Assembly: GCA_965240325.2 (NCBI GenBank)
Contig: OZ251229.1
Coordinates: 62,001 to 126,000, forward strand
DNA length: 64,000 nt
From: Rebecca billardiae RCC1528
Lineage: Eukaryota > Protista > Haptophyta
Direction: 5' to 3'
The notes beneath the pieces were generated by a model, which searched no databases, was not told the origin of the DNA, and was given only the letters and a program-made list of their open reading frames with translations. Positions 10,442-22,501 of the stretch are shown here, piece after piece (the first letter of the stretch is position 1; each line of letters starts with the position of its first letter). Position numbers and translations under genes: made by a program.

Positions 10442-12466
10442 TTATTCGTCGCCGCGCGCGCCGCCTGACGCGCCGAGTGACGCGCCGCCGCCGGCCGCGC
10501 CCGCCGCCGGGCCGATTGCGCGCAGCGACCCGACGAGCGGGCGACTGTGGGAGCAGAAGGGCCGGAAGCGCTCCAAGGTCGCGCGCACGCCCATCGGCAC
10601 GCCGCCGTCGGCGGCGCTCTGCTGCAGCGCGCGCGTCGCGGCCGGGCGCGCGCCGTCAAAGACGAGCGCCACGAGCGCGCAGATGCTCTTGGCGAGGACG
10701 CGGCCGGTGGCCGGGCTCTGATTCCTGTACAGCTTGCCGCGCTGCTGCGGGTCGAACGGGTAGCCCAGGCGGACGGGCACGCCGTCCGGCGCGACCCGGA
10801 GCGTCATGTTCTCGGCGGCGAGCGCGTGTGCGAGCGAGCGCGCGTCGCGCGCGCCCCCGCTGAGCGCCTTCCGGAGCGAGCGCCAGTGCAGCGTCCGCGT
10901 CGCCACGAGCGAGCCGGGCAGCGCGTCGGGCACGAGCAGCTCCTTGGCGGCGGCGGGCGTGCGCAGCTCGGCGAACGAGCCGTTCGCACCGCCGCCGCCG
11001 CCCTCCCCCGCCGCCGCGTCGGCGCCGCGCGCGCGCAGCAGCTTGGTCTCGCGCGTGTGCAAGAAGGGCGAGAGCCAGAACGCGCGGCTGCCGGGCGCGA
11101 GCTGCTCGAGCCCGCGCAGCGCGAGGAGCTGCGCGAGCATGGCGGCGGCCTCGTCGGGCGGCGCGGCGCGCACGTCGGGCAGGTGCTCGGGCTGCAGGTG
11201 GACCGAGGCGAACGCGCAGCTCACGTCCACCTCCGCGCCCACGTGCGCGCGCACGGCCATGAACTCGCGCATGCAGCCGGCGGGCGACCCCTCGCGCGAC
11301 AGCAGCCGCAGGTTGGCCGCCCGCACCCACTCGAGGCCCGGCGTGGCGTACGGCTCGGCGCGGAAGAGCGGGCGCGGCGGGCCGCGCGCGGGGTCGCCGC
11401 CGGGCGCCGACGCGAGGGCGCGCCACGCGCGGTCGTAGAACTGCGCGAGCTCGTTGTGCCGCACGGCCGAGAGCCCGTGCTCGCACATGTACGCGGGCAG
11501 CGCGCGCACGCCCTCCGAGACGGTCGCGCCCGCGCGCGCCATCGCCTCGGCGAGCGGCGCGAGCAGCGTGGCGTTGTACAGCGTGGAGTGGTCCTCCACC
11601 CAGAGCGAGACGTCCGACGTCCACTCCCGCGCGTCGCCCGCCTCGCGCACCGCCGGCAGCGGCCCGCGCGGCCGCCGCCCGCCCTCCGAGTGCTTCACCC
11701 AGCGGCCGACGTCGACCGCGTGGAACTGGGCGCCCTCGAGCGAGAGCGAGTCGGGCAGCGTCTGGAGGAGCACGGTGTTCATCACGAGGAGCGGGCGCGC
11801 GGGCGTGCGCAGCGCGTCGCGGCACTTGTCCGGCAGCGTGACCAGCCGGCGCAGCTTCATCGCCTCGGCCCTCCTGGGCACGACGCTCAGCGTCGACGGC
11901 GCGCGCGGGTGCGCGCGCGCCGCGGCCTCGGCGAGGAAGCTCGCCGCCCAGCGCTCCGCCATCGCCTCGAAGGGGACGTGCATCGCGTGCCAGGCGGGCA
12001 GCGGCTGGATGTCGCACTGCGCCGAGAGCAGCAGCGGCGGCAGCCGCCCGAGCTCGCGCAGCAGCCGCAGCGCGACCACGCGCGCAAGCCACTCGCCCGT
12101 CGGCCGGTCGAGCTGGAGCACGTGCGCGCCGCGCGTGCGCGCGGCGCGCGCGGTGTCCACGAGGCGCCACGCGCGAGAAAACTCGGCCTCGTACACGAAG
12201 AGCGTCTCCCACCGCGCGCTCAGGAAGCGCTCGAAGCCGTGGCACCCCATGAAGAACTCGCGGTGCGCGAGCACGACCGCGAGCGGCAGCGCGGCCGGCT
12301 CGGCCGGCCGCTTATCGCCCGCGGCCGCGGCGGGCGACTCGTAGTAGTCGTACGCGATCACGTGCACGTCGCGTAGCACGCGCGGCACGGGCCGCTGCTC
12401 GGCGCGCGCGGGCACCGCCGCGCGCGACGCCGCGAGCGCGACGAGCAGAGCGTGGGCGCGCAGCAT
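10442..12466 (-). CDS. Secreted or lumenal hypothetical protein
   Basis: 674 aa ATG-initiated ORF with signal peptide (MLRAHALLVALAASRAA) and globular, aromatic-containing composition; no family recognised. Confidence 0.7.
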   Translation of the reverse strand: MLRAHALLVALAASRAAVPARAEQRPVPRVLRDVHVIAYDYYESPAAAAGDKRPAEPAALPLAVVLAHREFFMGCHGFERFLSARWETLFVYEAEFSRAWRLVDTARAARTRGAHVLQLDRPTGEWLARVVALRLLRELGRLPPLLLSAQCDIQPLPAWHAMHVPFEAMAERWAASFLAEAAARAHPRAPSTLSVVPRRAEAMKLRRLVTLPDKCRDALRTPARPLLVMNTVLLQTLPDSLSLEGAQFHAVDVGRWVKHSEGGRRPRGPLPAVREAGDAREWTSDVSLWVEDHSTLYNATLLAPLAEAMARAGATVSEGVRALPAYMCEHGLSAVRHNELAQFYDRAWRALASAPGGDPARGPPRPLFRAEPYATPGLEWVRAANLRLLSREGSPAGCMREFMAVRAHVGAEVDVSCAFASVHLQPEHLPDVRAAPPDEAAAMLAQLLALRGLEQLAPGSRAFWLSPFLHTRETKLLRARGADAAAGEGGGGGANGSFAELRTPAAAKELLVPDALPGSLVATRTLHWRSLRKALSGGARDARSLAHALAAENMTLRVAPDGVPVRLGYPFDPQQRGKLYRNQSPATGRVLAKSICALVALVFDGARPAATRALQQSAADGGVPMGVRATLERFRPFCSHSRPLVGSLRAIGPAAGAAGGGASLGASGGARGDE

Positions 12467-12760
12467 GAGTCTTGTATGCGGGTAGCGGCGCGGGACCTCT
12501 GTGTGACGAAAGATTTTAATCTCGCTCGTCTATTACAACTCTATGGGGGTATACAGAGTATACTTCTACTACTACCCCCATACGGTGATGCAGTATGACG
12601 AGATAGATCGGCAAAGCGAGACGATCTGATGCAAAAGGATGCAAAAGACCGGGTCCGAAAGCTCCGAAGCAGTTTTTTTCTAGCTATTATTTGAGGCCAC
12701 GCCGTTACGCTCGTCGGCGCGGCTCATTCCGGCGGCACGCGGCGCGCGCGCGGGCCGCGC

Positions 12761-15700
12761 TCAGCCCGCGCGCGCCGCCCGGCCGCCGCCAGGCGCGGGC
12801 GCGAGCCCGCCGCGCAGCACGCCGACGCGCGTGGTGAGCGTGTGCTGCGCCCACCAGCCCGACGCGTGCGCGGACGCGGGCAGCGCGCAGTGCGCGCGCA
12901 GCATGCGCGCGCACACGAGCCGCGCGCACAGCGGGAGCAGCGCGAGCAGCCGGCCGCGCTGCAGCGGCGCGCGCGCCAGCACGCCGGCGAGCATCACCAG
13001 CGCCGAGCACAGGCCGAGGCAGTTGGCGAGCGCCGCGGCGCGCATCGCCGCGGCCGTGTCCGCCTCGGCGCGCGCGCCGCCGCACGGCGCGCGCGCGCCG
13101 CAGCCGAGCGCGAGCCGCAGCGTGAGCGCGGGCGCGGCGAAGCCGAGCGGCGGCAGCGCGAGCGCCGCGCAGAAGAAGGCGGGCGCGAGCGCGAGCAGCA
13201 GCCACAGCACCAGGCCGCTCGACAGCGCGTCCACCGCCGCGCACGCGCACAGCGCGGCGCGCGCGCGCGGCGCGGAGCGCGGCGGCGCGGCGTGGCTCAG
13301 CAGCAGCCGGCGCACCAGCCACGCGGCGCGCGCGCACGCCGCGGCGGCGCGCTCGGCCGCGCTCGCGCTCGGCGGCGGCGGCGGCTCGCGCAGCGCGGGC
13401 GGCGCCACGCGCCCCTCCTCGCCCTCGGCGCGCGCGCCGTCCGCCAGCGCGAGCTCCAGGCCGGCGGGCAGCCGCCAGCGCGACGGCTCGCCGCGGCCCA
13501 GCGCGAGCGCGAGCGCGGCGCGGCCGCCCGCGCGCGCGGCGCCCGCGGCGCGCGCGCCGCCGTGCGGCGCGACCCAGCACGCGCGCGCGCGCACGCCCGG
13601 CGCGCCCGGCGCGCCCGCGCCGTGCTCGGCCGGGTCGGCCACGCCGCAGCACTCCAGCGTGCCCTCGACGCGCGCGAGCGCGGCCGCGAGCTCGCGCGGC
13701 GGCGCGGCGGCGTGCACGCGCGCGAGGGCGGCGTTGAGCGCGTCGAGCGCCGTGGGCGCGCCCCTCCTGCCCGCGCACCGCAGCGCCGCGTGCACCAGAA
13801 AGTCGTCCGAGCCCACGTGGAAGGGCGCGCAGAAGCTGCCGTCGCCGCCGCACACGATGTGCGTGCACACGCGCGCCGCGCCCGCCGCGCCCGCCGCGCC
13901 CTCCGCGCCGCCGCCCTCCTCCGGCGCGGAGCCCGACGCGCCGCCCTCAGCAAATGACGCGCGGCGCGCGCCCGCGCCTCCGCCCGCGCCTCCGCCCGCG
14001 CCTCCGCCCGCGCCTCCGCCCGCGCCTCCGCCCGCGCCTCCGCCCGCGCCGTCCGCGCCGTCCGCGCCGTCGGCGCCGTCGGCCGAGGGCTGCGGCTGCG
14101 CGCCCTCCGCCGCGCCGCCGGACGCGCCGCCGCCGCCCGCGCCGCGCGGCGCGGGCGGCGGCGTGGGCGCGGGCGCGCGCGCCGCGCGCGCGCCGCGCGC
14201 GCCGCTCGCGCCCGCGGCCCGCTCGGCCGCGCCGCCCGCGCCGCCCGCCACGACCGCGGAGAAGAAGTCGATGCAGCCCACGCTCAGGTCGTCCGTGCAC
14301 CCCAGCTCCACGCGGTACGAGTCGCACGGCGCCAGGCCGACGCGCCACAGCGAGCCGCGCCCGCCGTCGCCCGCGAGCCAGGCGCCGTCGACGAGCGCGC
14401 GGCAGCGCTCGAGCGCGCGGCGGCGCACGCGCCTGCGCCACGCGAGCGCGGACGGCGGGTGCAGCGCGCACAGCGCGCCGAGCAGCGCGCCCTCCGCGGG
14501 CGACCACGCCGCCGCCTCGCCCAGCGCGTGCGCCAGCGCCAGGTAGGCGCTCTTGTCCAGCCAGCGCGCCAGCGGCCCGTCCGGCAGCTCGCGCAACGAC
14601 CACGGCGCGCGCGGCTCGTTGGTGCCGCGCAGGTACACGCGCGCGACGTGCGAGCGCGCGCGGTACTGGTGCCGGTCCGAGCGCAGCGCGTCGTGCAGCG
14701 ACAGCAGCGCCGGCCCCGACCCTAACCCTGAGAAGGGCGGAGGCGGCAAAGGGCGGAAGGGCCGGGCCACGGGCGACGGCGGCGCGGGCGATGGCGCGGG
14801 CGCGGGCGCGGGCGCGGGCGGCGATGGCGGCACCGCGGGCGGCACATACGCCGGGGGCGCAGGGCCGCCCTCCTCGCGCCGCGCGCCGTGCTGCGGCGGC
14901 GGCGGCGGCGGCGCCGGCGCCGCCGCCGCCGCGCGGCGCAGCAGCGGCGCGCGCACCGACGGCGGCAGCGCGCGCGCGCGCGCGCGCGCCCGGCGCGCGC
15001 GGCACGCGGCCGCGGCGCGCGCGCAGTCGCCGGGCGCCGACCAGAAGAGGGCGCACGCGCACGCGAGCGCGAGCAGCCCGAGCGCGAGGAGGCGGCCCGG
15101 CCCGCCGCACGCGAGCACGAGGAGCTCGGGCAGCAGCACGCACGCGCCGCGCACGACCGTGCGCGCCGCGTCGCACGCCCACGGGCACGCGTCGGGCGCG
15201 CCGCCCCAAGGCGCGGCCGTGTACCGCGCGTGCGCGGGCGCGGACGTGCACGGCGCGCAGACCGCGCCGCCCGCGCGCGCGCACGTGCCGAGCGCGCACG
15301 GCGTGCACGCGGTCGCGCCGCGCGGCGCGACGTGGCCCGGCGCGCACGGCGCGCACGCCGCCGCGCCGCTCTCGTTGGAATAGCTGCCCGCGCCGCACGG
15401 CGCGCACGCGGCCGCGCGCGCGCGCCGCGCGGCGCTGCCGGGCGCGCACGGCGCGCACGCCGCGGCGCCGGCGGCCGCGGCGCTGCCGGGCGCGCACGGC
15501 GCGCACGCGGTCGCGCCGCTCTCGTTCGCCGCCGAGCCGGCCGCGCACGGCGCGCAGCTCGCGTTCGCGCCGCGCTCGGGCTGCGCGCTGCCGGGCGCGC
15601 ACGGCGCGCACGCGAGCCCCGCCTGGCCGGCGTCGCACTCGGGGCCTCGCACGCTGCCGGCGCGCCCCGCCGCCGCGCCGCCGTAGCCGGGGCCGCCGTC

Positions 15701-17909
15701 GGCGCGCACGCTCGCCTCGTCGGCGAGCGCGACGCGCGGCGCGCGCCGCCCCGCGCCGGGCGCGGAGAGGCGCACGCGCCCGCCCGCGCCGCCGCCGCCC
15801 TGCGGCGCGCCGCCCAGCCCGCCCGCCGCATGCACCGCCGCCGCGCGGTCGAGCGAGATCGAGTCCCGCGCGCACAGCCAGACCGAGCCGCCCGCGCCGC
15901 CGCCGCCCGCGCCGTCCGCGCCGTACGTGCCCTCGCCGGGCTGGCCGTCGGCGGAGACGGTGGCGCCGGCGAGCTCGATCCGCACCGACGCGTTGAGGTG
16001 CACGACGCCGCCGCCCGCGCCGCCGAGCGGCGCGCCGCCGCCCGAGCCGGGCAGTGCGGGCGCGTCGCCGCAGCCGTACGCGCGCCCGCCCGGCGCGGCG
16101 CGCGCCGTGCCGTTGGGCCCGCCGCCCGCGCCGCCCGCGCCGCCCGCGCCGCCGTGCCCGCCGCCGCCGCCGCCGCGCCGCGCCGCCGCGAGCGCCGCGC
16201 CGCCGCCGCCGCCCGCGGGCGGCGGCGCGCCGCCCGCGCCCGGCCCGCGCTGCGCGCCGCAGCCGAGGTTGGACGCGCTCACCAGCCCGCCGCCCTCGAT
16301 CGAGGCGGCGCACAGCAGCACGGACGAGCCGGAGACGACCGTCGACTCCTCGAGGCCGAGCTGCGTGCGCACCTTGAGCTGCACCGCGTACGCCAGCCCG
16401 CCCGCGTCGACGAGCTCGCAGTCGGGCGTGTAGCGCGCGCCGCCCTCCGCGTCGGGCGCGCAGCCGTCGCGCTCGGCGCGCGTCGCCTCCACCTTGCCGC
16501 GCAGCACGGCGGCGCGCGCGACGAGCGTGATGGTCTCGCCGAGCACGAGGCCGAGCGTCTTGAGCAGCACGTACCCCGCCTCGAGCACCATCGGCCCCGC
16601 GCTCACCAGCCTGCCCCCCAGCCGCAGCGCCCCCGCCGCGCGCACCACGACCTCGTCGGCGAGCAGCTGGCTGGCCTCGTCGAGCGACACGTCCTCGCCG
16701 TCGAGCAGCAGCCGCGCGGCCTGCATGGTCGAGCCCTGCGAGAGGCGGATCTCGCGCGCGGAGACGAGCACGCGCGGGAAGGACGGCGGCGGCCGGCCGT
16801 GCGTGCTCGGCGCGTAGTGCTCGCCGTACAGCAGCCCGCCCACCAGCTGGATCGACGAGGCCGCGCGCACGCACGGCGCGGACGCGGGGCCCGCGCCGAG
16901 CGCCGCGCCCGCGCGCACGACGATCGAGTCGAGCGCGCTCGAGGCGCCGAGCGAGCACGTGCCGCCCGCCTCGGCCCAGCCGTTCGCGCACACCACGCGG
17001 CGGCAGCCGCTGTAGAACACCGTCCCCGCCCCGCCCGCGAAGCAGTTTGGCGACGAGCCGCCGCCGGACACGTCGACGCCCACGGACGCGCCGCGCTCGG
17101 CGGCCGAGGAGGAGGGCGCGCGCTCGCAGCCGGGCAGCTCGACGCGCCCGCCGCCGCCGCCGCCGTACGCGCCGTCGGCGGCGCTCGAGCCGTTCCCGCC
17201 GCCGGCGAGGACCACGCCGCTCCCGTTCAGCGCCGCCGCCGCCGCCGCCGTGTGCCGCGCGCCCTCGCGGCGCGCGGGCGGCGCCGTCTGCTGCAGCACC
17301 ACCGTGCCGCCGCTGCCGCCGCCCACCGGCACGGCGCCCGCCGACGCGCCCGCGGCCTCGAGCACGCCGTCGAGCTGCACGCGCTCGCGCACGCGCACGC
17401 GCACGACCCCGCCCCCGCGCGCCGCGCGCGCGCGCTCGAAGAGCGGCGCGCTCGTCCGGCCGGAGCCAAAGCCTGCGGGCGCGGACGCGGCGCCGTACGG
17501 CAGGCCGCCCGCGTTGTACCCGAGGCAGGAGCCGCCCGTGCCGCCGTGCCCCGCGCCCTGGAGGTGCCGGTCGCCGAGCACGTCGTGCGGCGAGTCCGCC
17601 CGCCCCATGCCGCTCGCCGTCACGCGCGCGCCCGCGGGCACGAGCAGCGCGTCCGCGCTCAGGCTCAGGTTGCCGCCGCGCACGGCCGCGCCGCCCTCGA
17701 GCTCGATCGAGCCGGAGGCGCACGCGAGCGCGAAGGCGCACATCGGCTCGGTGCAGCCGATCTCGACGCCCGCCGCCACGCGCACCCCGCCCTCGAGCGC
17801 CACCTCCGCGCCCTCGCGCGTGAGGCGCGTGCGGTTGACGAGGCAGACGAGCGCCAAAGCGCCCGTCTCGTTGAGCAACGCGTCGCACAGGGCGGGGAGC
17901 GGCGGCGAG

Positions 17910-17957
<48 letters not shown>

Positions 17958-18043
17958 GAGGGCGCGGGCGCGCTCGCGACCGCCGCGACGGCGGCCAGCA
18001 GCACCGCGGCGCAGCCCAGGCGGGCGGGCGCGGCCGCCGGCAT
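12761..18043 (-). CDS. Large Gly-rich, Cys-repeat (GCC2/GCC3, ephrin-receptor-like) multi-pass membrane protein resembling the plant At5g11700/At4g32920 family
   Basis: ATG 18043 with signal peptide, GAGHGG/GGGSGG repeats, tandem CAPCAPG repeats, a TM helix, cytosolic SHVARVYLRGTNEPRAPW and several C-terminal TM helices; about 1760 aa. Confidence 0.78.
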
Positions 18044-18182
18044 CCCCTTGTGTGTCGCAAGTGCGTGCCGTGGACGGGGGACGGAGGGCCTTCTCGGGCT
18101 TCTCCCGTGACGACTGTTCAGCGACCCGCCACCCCCGGCACCGGTCGCAACCACCCCGACCGGCCCCTTGCTCGACGGAACG

Positions 18183-19577
18183 ATGGCGGCCGGCAAGCTG
18201 GAGGTTGCGCCGGGGGAGTTTCCGCCGTGGCTGCAAGAGCGCGACGGCAAGCTGGTCTGCGCGCGGTGCGACGTGTGCGTGGTGGCCACCGGGAAGGGGA
18301 TCAAGCAGCACCTCAAGTCCAAGTCGCACAAGCTCCTGCCCAAGGGAGCGCCGGAGCAGCCGGGCGGGGCGTCGGCGCCGGAGGCAAACGGGCCGCGCGC
18401 GCGGTCGCGCGCGTCGGCGCGCGGCGCGCGTGCGCTGTCGGACGACGACGAGACGCTGCAGGAGCTCGCGCGACTGCTCGGCGCCGGCGAGGCGGAGCTC
18501 GGCGCGGGCGCGCGCGCGCGCCTGCCCGAGTACGCGGCCGCGCTCGACGCGTTCCGCGCGGTCGCCCCGTGTGCGCGCGCGTGCCTGCTGCCGCCCCTCC
18601 TGCGCAACCCGCGGCGCGAGTGCCCGGCGCTCGACCGGCCGTTCGTCACGGCGCAGGTCGGCTCGATCCCCGAGCTGCCGGAGAGCCTCGACGACGCCCT
18701 CCGCGCCTACTTCTCCGGCGTGCGCGGGCGCCACCCGAAGGTGGACGTGTGCGAGCGCGCCGTGGCCGTGCACTCGTGGGCGGACGCGCGCCGCGCGCTC
18801 GAGGCGGCCGACGCGGCGGGCTCGCGCTACTGGTGCACGCTCTTCTGCGCGGAGATGGGGCACCCGCCGTGGTGGCCGCGCGACGCCAAGGGCCCGCGCG
18901 GCGTCGGCGAGGGCGCCACCTCCGTCCCGTTCTTCGACCAGATCATCCTCGGGCGCGGCGCCGTGGGCATCGGCCTGCACGCAGACACGTACGCGCCGCA
19001 CGCCGCGCCCGTCTCCACGTGCCTCACGCTGCTGCGCGGGCGGAAGCGCGTGCTCATGCTGCCGCCGAGCACGGGCGACGGCCGCAGCACCTGCCACTGG
19101 CTCGTCGGCGAGCCGTTCCCGCACGACCCGCCGGCCGCGCTGCTCGCGCGCATCGCGTCCGTGGGCGGGTACTGGTTTGAGCTGCAGGTGGCGCCCGGCG
19201 CGGACCCGCTCGCCTTCTTCACGCCCGCGGGCTGGTTCCACTGGCTCGTCGGCGACACGTGCCACGCGCCGGACTGCGCGCCCGACGGCTGCGCGCCGGG
19301 CTGCAGCGACTGGCACGTCGCGTTTGGCGGCAGCTTCTTCCCGCGCGCCGCGCTCGCGCGCGGGCACGCGCTGCCAGCGCGCCGAGCCGCTGAGCCGGAG
19401 CAGTGCCAGCGCGACCGGTACGCCGACGTTGGAGGCGGGGCCGCGCCCTCGGCCAACGCCTGCGCGGGCTGCGCCGATGCGGGCGATGGGGAGGAGGACG
19501 AGGGGTGCCGCCGGTCGGAGTCGGACGCGGGCGGCAGCGCCGCGTCCGGCGTGACGCAGGCCCTGGTCCTGGAGTGA
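18183..19577 (+). CDS. JmjC/cupin Fe(II)-2OG oxygenase-like protein with N-terminal zinc finger
   Basis: CARC...HLKSKSH (U1/matrin-type C2H2), IGLHADT, LLRGRKRVLMLPP and FTPAGWFHW supply the HxD...H triad. Confidence 0.8.
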   Translation: MAAGKLEVAPGEFPPWLQERDGKLVCARCDVCVVATGKGIKQHLKSKSHKLLPKGAPEQPGGASAPEANGPRARSRASARGARALSDDDETLQELARLLGAGEAELGAGARARLPEYAAALDAFRAVAPCARACLLPPLLRNPRRECPALDRPFVTAQVGSIPELPESLDDALRAYFSGVRGRHPKVDVCERAVAVHSWADARRALEAADAAGSRYWCTLFCAEMGHPPWWPRDAKGPRGVGEGATSVPFFDQIILGRGAVGIGLHADTYAPHAAPVSTCLTLLRGRKRVLMLPPSTGDGRSTCHWLVGEPFPHDPPAALLARIASVGGYWFELQVAPGADPLAFFTPAGWFHWLVGDTCHAPDCAPDGCAPGCSDWHVAFGGSFFPRAALARGHALPARRAAEPEQCQRDRYADVGGGAAPSANACAGCADAGDGEEDEGCRRSESDAGGSAASGVTQALVLE

Positions 19578-19791
19578 GAGCACTCGCCCATCATGGAGCC
19601 GTCTCCGTACTACTGCTGCTAGCACTACGACTGCGGTGCTAAAGTACTACTTATACTACTAAGCTCTGAGTAGCAGTACGTAGTGTCTAGTCCCCCATAC
19701 TGCGAGTGTCCGCGCGCTCAAGTCTTGGAGCCGGACCACCGGACTACTCCGCTGCTTAGCTAGCAGTAGCAAAACAACCGTCGGCGCGGAG

Positions 19792-20895
19792 ATGCTGCTG
19801 GACCGACCCGGGCGGAAAGGAAGCAGCATGGTGCTCGCGCGCATGGTGGCGCGCGTCCCGAGCATCGTCACGCTGCCGCTCTTCGGCCCGCTGGTGTCGC
19901 TGCTCGCGCGCAGCTCGTTCGAGATGGTGCACGGCTTCCTGCGCGTTCTCGGCCTCGCGACGCTGCCCTACTCGCTGCGCCACGGCTGGGTGCGCGACGT
20001 GTTTGCGAGTGCGCCGCACCTGCGCGAGGTGCGCGTGGCGGTCGAGATGGCGCTCGAGTGCGGCGAGAACATGCGGCGGTGCCGCGGCGTGCAGGAGTCG
20101 GGCGTGTCGTGGAAGGGCGACTCGGCCGACTCGATCGACCCGGTCACCGAGACCGACGAGGCGAACGAGGCCCTCGTCACGCGCAAGATCCAGCGGCTCT
20201 TCCCGTCGCACGCCATCATCGGCGAGGAGGCGGCCGCGGCGCACGGGCTGCCCGCGCTCACGGACGCGCCGACGTGGATTGTCGACCCGATCGACGGGAC
20301 GACCAACTTCGTGCACGGCAACCCGCTGTGCGTCGTCTCGATCGGGCTGTGCGTCGGCAAGGTGCCCACGGTGGGCGTGGTGTACGACCCCGCGATGGAC
20401 GAGCTCTACGTGGCCACGCGCGGTCGCGGCGCGTACTGCAACGGGCGCATGATCCGCGTGGACGCGGCGGGGGACACGCTCGAGAAGGCGCTCGTGTTGA
20501 ACGAGCCCGGGTACGAGCGCTCGGCCGCGGGCATCGCCAAGATCTCCGCCACCTCGCGCGCGCTGCTCGAGCGCGGCGTGCAGGCGGTGCGCGTGACGGG
20601 CTCGGCCGTGCTCTCAATCATCTGGGTGGCGTGCGGCCGCGCCAACGCCTACTACGCCGGGCTGCACGAGAAGGACTGCCCCAAGCCGTGGGACTGGTGC
20701 GCGGGGTACGTGATCGCCACCGAGGCGGGCGCCACCTTCGCGCGCGTCGACGGCCGCTCGTACGCCGGCGGCCCGCCGCGCACGTCCGAGGCTGCGTTCG
20801 ACATCTACTCGCAGTCGTGCATCGTCGCGTCCACGCCGCAGCTGTGCGCAGACCTGCATGCGCTCATCAAGGACGCGGTCGCAAACGCGCGCTGA
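19792..20895 (+). CDS. IMPA: Inositol monophosphatase
   Basis: DPVTETD, IIGEE, TWIVDPIDGTTNFVHG and KPWDWCAG motifs. Confidence 0.93.
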   Translation: MLLDRPGRKGSSMVLARMVARVPSIVTLPLFGPLVSLLARSSFEMVHGFLRVLGLATLPYSLRHGWVRDVFASAPHLREVRVAVEMALECGENMRRCRGVQESGVSWKGDSADSIDPVTETDEANEALVTRKIQRLFPSHAIIGEEAAAAHGLPALTDAPTWIVDPIDGTTNFVHGNPLCVVSIGLCVGKVPTVGVVYDPAMDELYVATRGRGAYCNGRMIRVDAAGDTLEKALVLNEPGYERSAAGIAKISATSRALLERGVQAVRVTGSAVLSIIWVACGRANAYYAGLHEKDCPKPWDWCAGYVIATEAGATFARVDGRSYAGGPPRTSEAAFDIYSQSCIVASTPQLCADLHALIKDAVANAR

Positions 20896-21712
20896 GGAGC
20901 GGGCGGGCGGGGGCGGGCGCGGTGGGGGGGAGGGCGCGCCGACGCGCGCTCCGCCATTCGGACGGCTCGAATTGCCCCGCACTGGCGCGACACTACCAAC
21001 GCACCGAAGGGCAGGCAGTCGCAGGCCGGCCCCGGCCCCCGGCGCTCGTCGGCGGTGCAGGCGCGGCGTCGTCATCCTTCCGGCGACGATGGTCCGCCGG
21101 GTCATCATCAGCGCAGGCGCGTCGTCATCAGCGGCGTTATTGGCCCGACCGCCGACGAGCCCGAGTCGTATATATATAGTGATGATGCACGACGTACGCC
21201 GCTGACGCGGCACTCGTGACGTCTGACGACTCGGCCCGACGAATATGATGCTGCTGAGACGAATCGAAACGATCGCGATGCGATGATGTTGACCCTGGCG
21301 CGCCGCCGCTAGTAGCAGTAGTAATTAAGTATAGTAGTGTAATATATATATATCGATATATATATATATATATATATACTCGTCTACGACTGCGCGCGGC
21401 GACGAGCGGGAGCCTAAAGTCGTGCGCGCACACTACGCGACGATGATGACGACGACGATATGACGACTTATATTGATGAGACTGAGTCACGATCCGCCAG
21501 CCGCCGACCCAGCAGCCGTCGGCGCCACCGACGGCAGTCGGCACCGTGGCACTTGGCACCCGCGGATGTCGTTGCCAGCGCCGACTTCGTCGGAGCCTGA
21601 TGACTGATGCGCTGATGCGCGCATGAGCGCGACGCGCCGACGCGCTGGCCCCCGACGAGTACCGCGCGCCCCGCCCCGCTGCGCGCGCATGCAGCCTCGG
21701 GTCCCAGAGTAC

Positions 21713-22501
21713 TCAGATGCAGAAGGTGCCGCTCGCGCACAGCTTGACGGGCATCGTGTCAAACTCGCTCTTGTACACGTCGTACGAGGAGGGCGGCAGG
21801 TCGACGGCGTCGAGGTACTCGTCGAGCAGCGCGCGCGCGCCGTCGTACCGCGCGCGCGTGGTCTCGCCGTCCCCCTTCTTCGCGGCGAGCTGCATGCCCT
21901 CGACCTCCTTGAAGAAGCGGCGCGCCTGCTGCACCTGCTTGATGCGCTCGGGCGCCTTTGACGCGTCGATGCGGAACGCGTTGCCGAGCAGGAACATGGT
22001 GAGCTGCATGTCCGCCCAGCGCGAGGTGCGCTTCTCGGGCGACGTGCACTGCTTCTCGTCGCCCACGCACGCGCTCTTCTTGCTCGCGCTCTTGATGAGC
22101 ATGTTGTCGCCGAAGAAGTCTTTGTAAGCGGCCGAGTCGGCACCGCTCTTGATCTCGGGCTCGAGCAGCACAAACTCGTGCACGGCCTCCTGCACGCGGC
22201 CGTAGTACCGGCGCTTCGCCATCGGGATCGACGTGTACTTGCCCGCCGTCGCGCCGCCGCTCGCCCACGCCGCCGCGGGCGAGGCGAGCGCGGCGAGCAC
22301 GAGCAGCCGGCGCGAGACTGCCGAGCCGTCCGCGGGCGCTGCGCGCGCGTGAGGCGCGTCTGCGCTGGCGCGCAGCGCCGAGGCGCGCGCGCATGACCGC
22401 TGCGCCTGCGACCTCACGCCCCCAGGCGCGTACGCCCACGTCTGCGGCGTCGCCAACGCGAGGCACCAGCAGACGGCTGCCGCGGCGCGTCCACCCACCA
22501 T
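21713..22501 (-). CDS. Thylakoid-lumen protein, PsbQ-like helical bundle, tripartite presequence
   Basis: Signal peptide, transit peptide, Tat motif SRR plus hydrophobic stretch and AWA cleavage site; helical mature part ending AAKKGDGETTRARYDGARALLDEYL. Confidence 0.65.
   Translation of the reverse strand: MVGGRAAAAVCWCLALATPQTWAYAPGGVRSQAQRSCARASALRASADAPHARAAPADGSAVSRRLLVLAALASPAAAWASGGATAGKYTSIPMAKRRYYGRVQEAVHEFVLLEPEIKSGADSAAYKDFFGDNMLIKSASKKSACVGDEKQCTSPEKRTSRWADMQLTMFLLGNAFRIDASKAPERIKQVQQARRFFKEVEGMQLAAKKGDGETTRARYDGARALLDEYLDAVDLPPSSYDVYKSEFDTMPVKLCASGTFCI

Noticed and set aside
14720-14729. Telomere-like CCCTAACCCT
   Set aside because: Fewer than two units and inside a coding region.
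13947-19625. Very long Arg/Ala/Gly-rich ORFs (e.g. 1892 aa, 1430 aa and those overlapping ATG2)
   Set aside because: Shadow frames of real genes; stops are rare at this GC content and the translations have no motifs.
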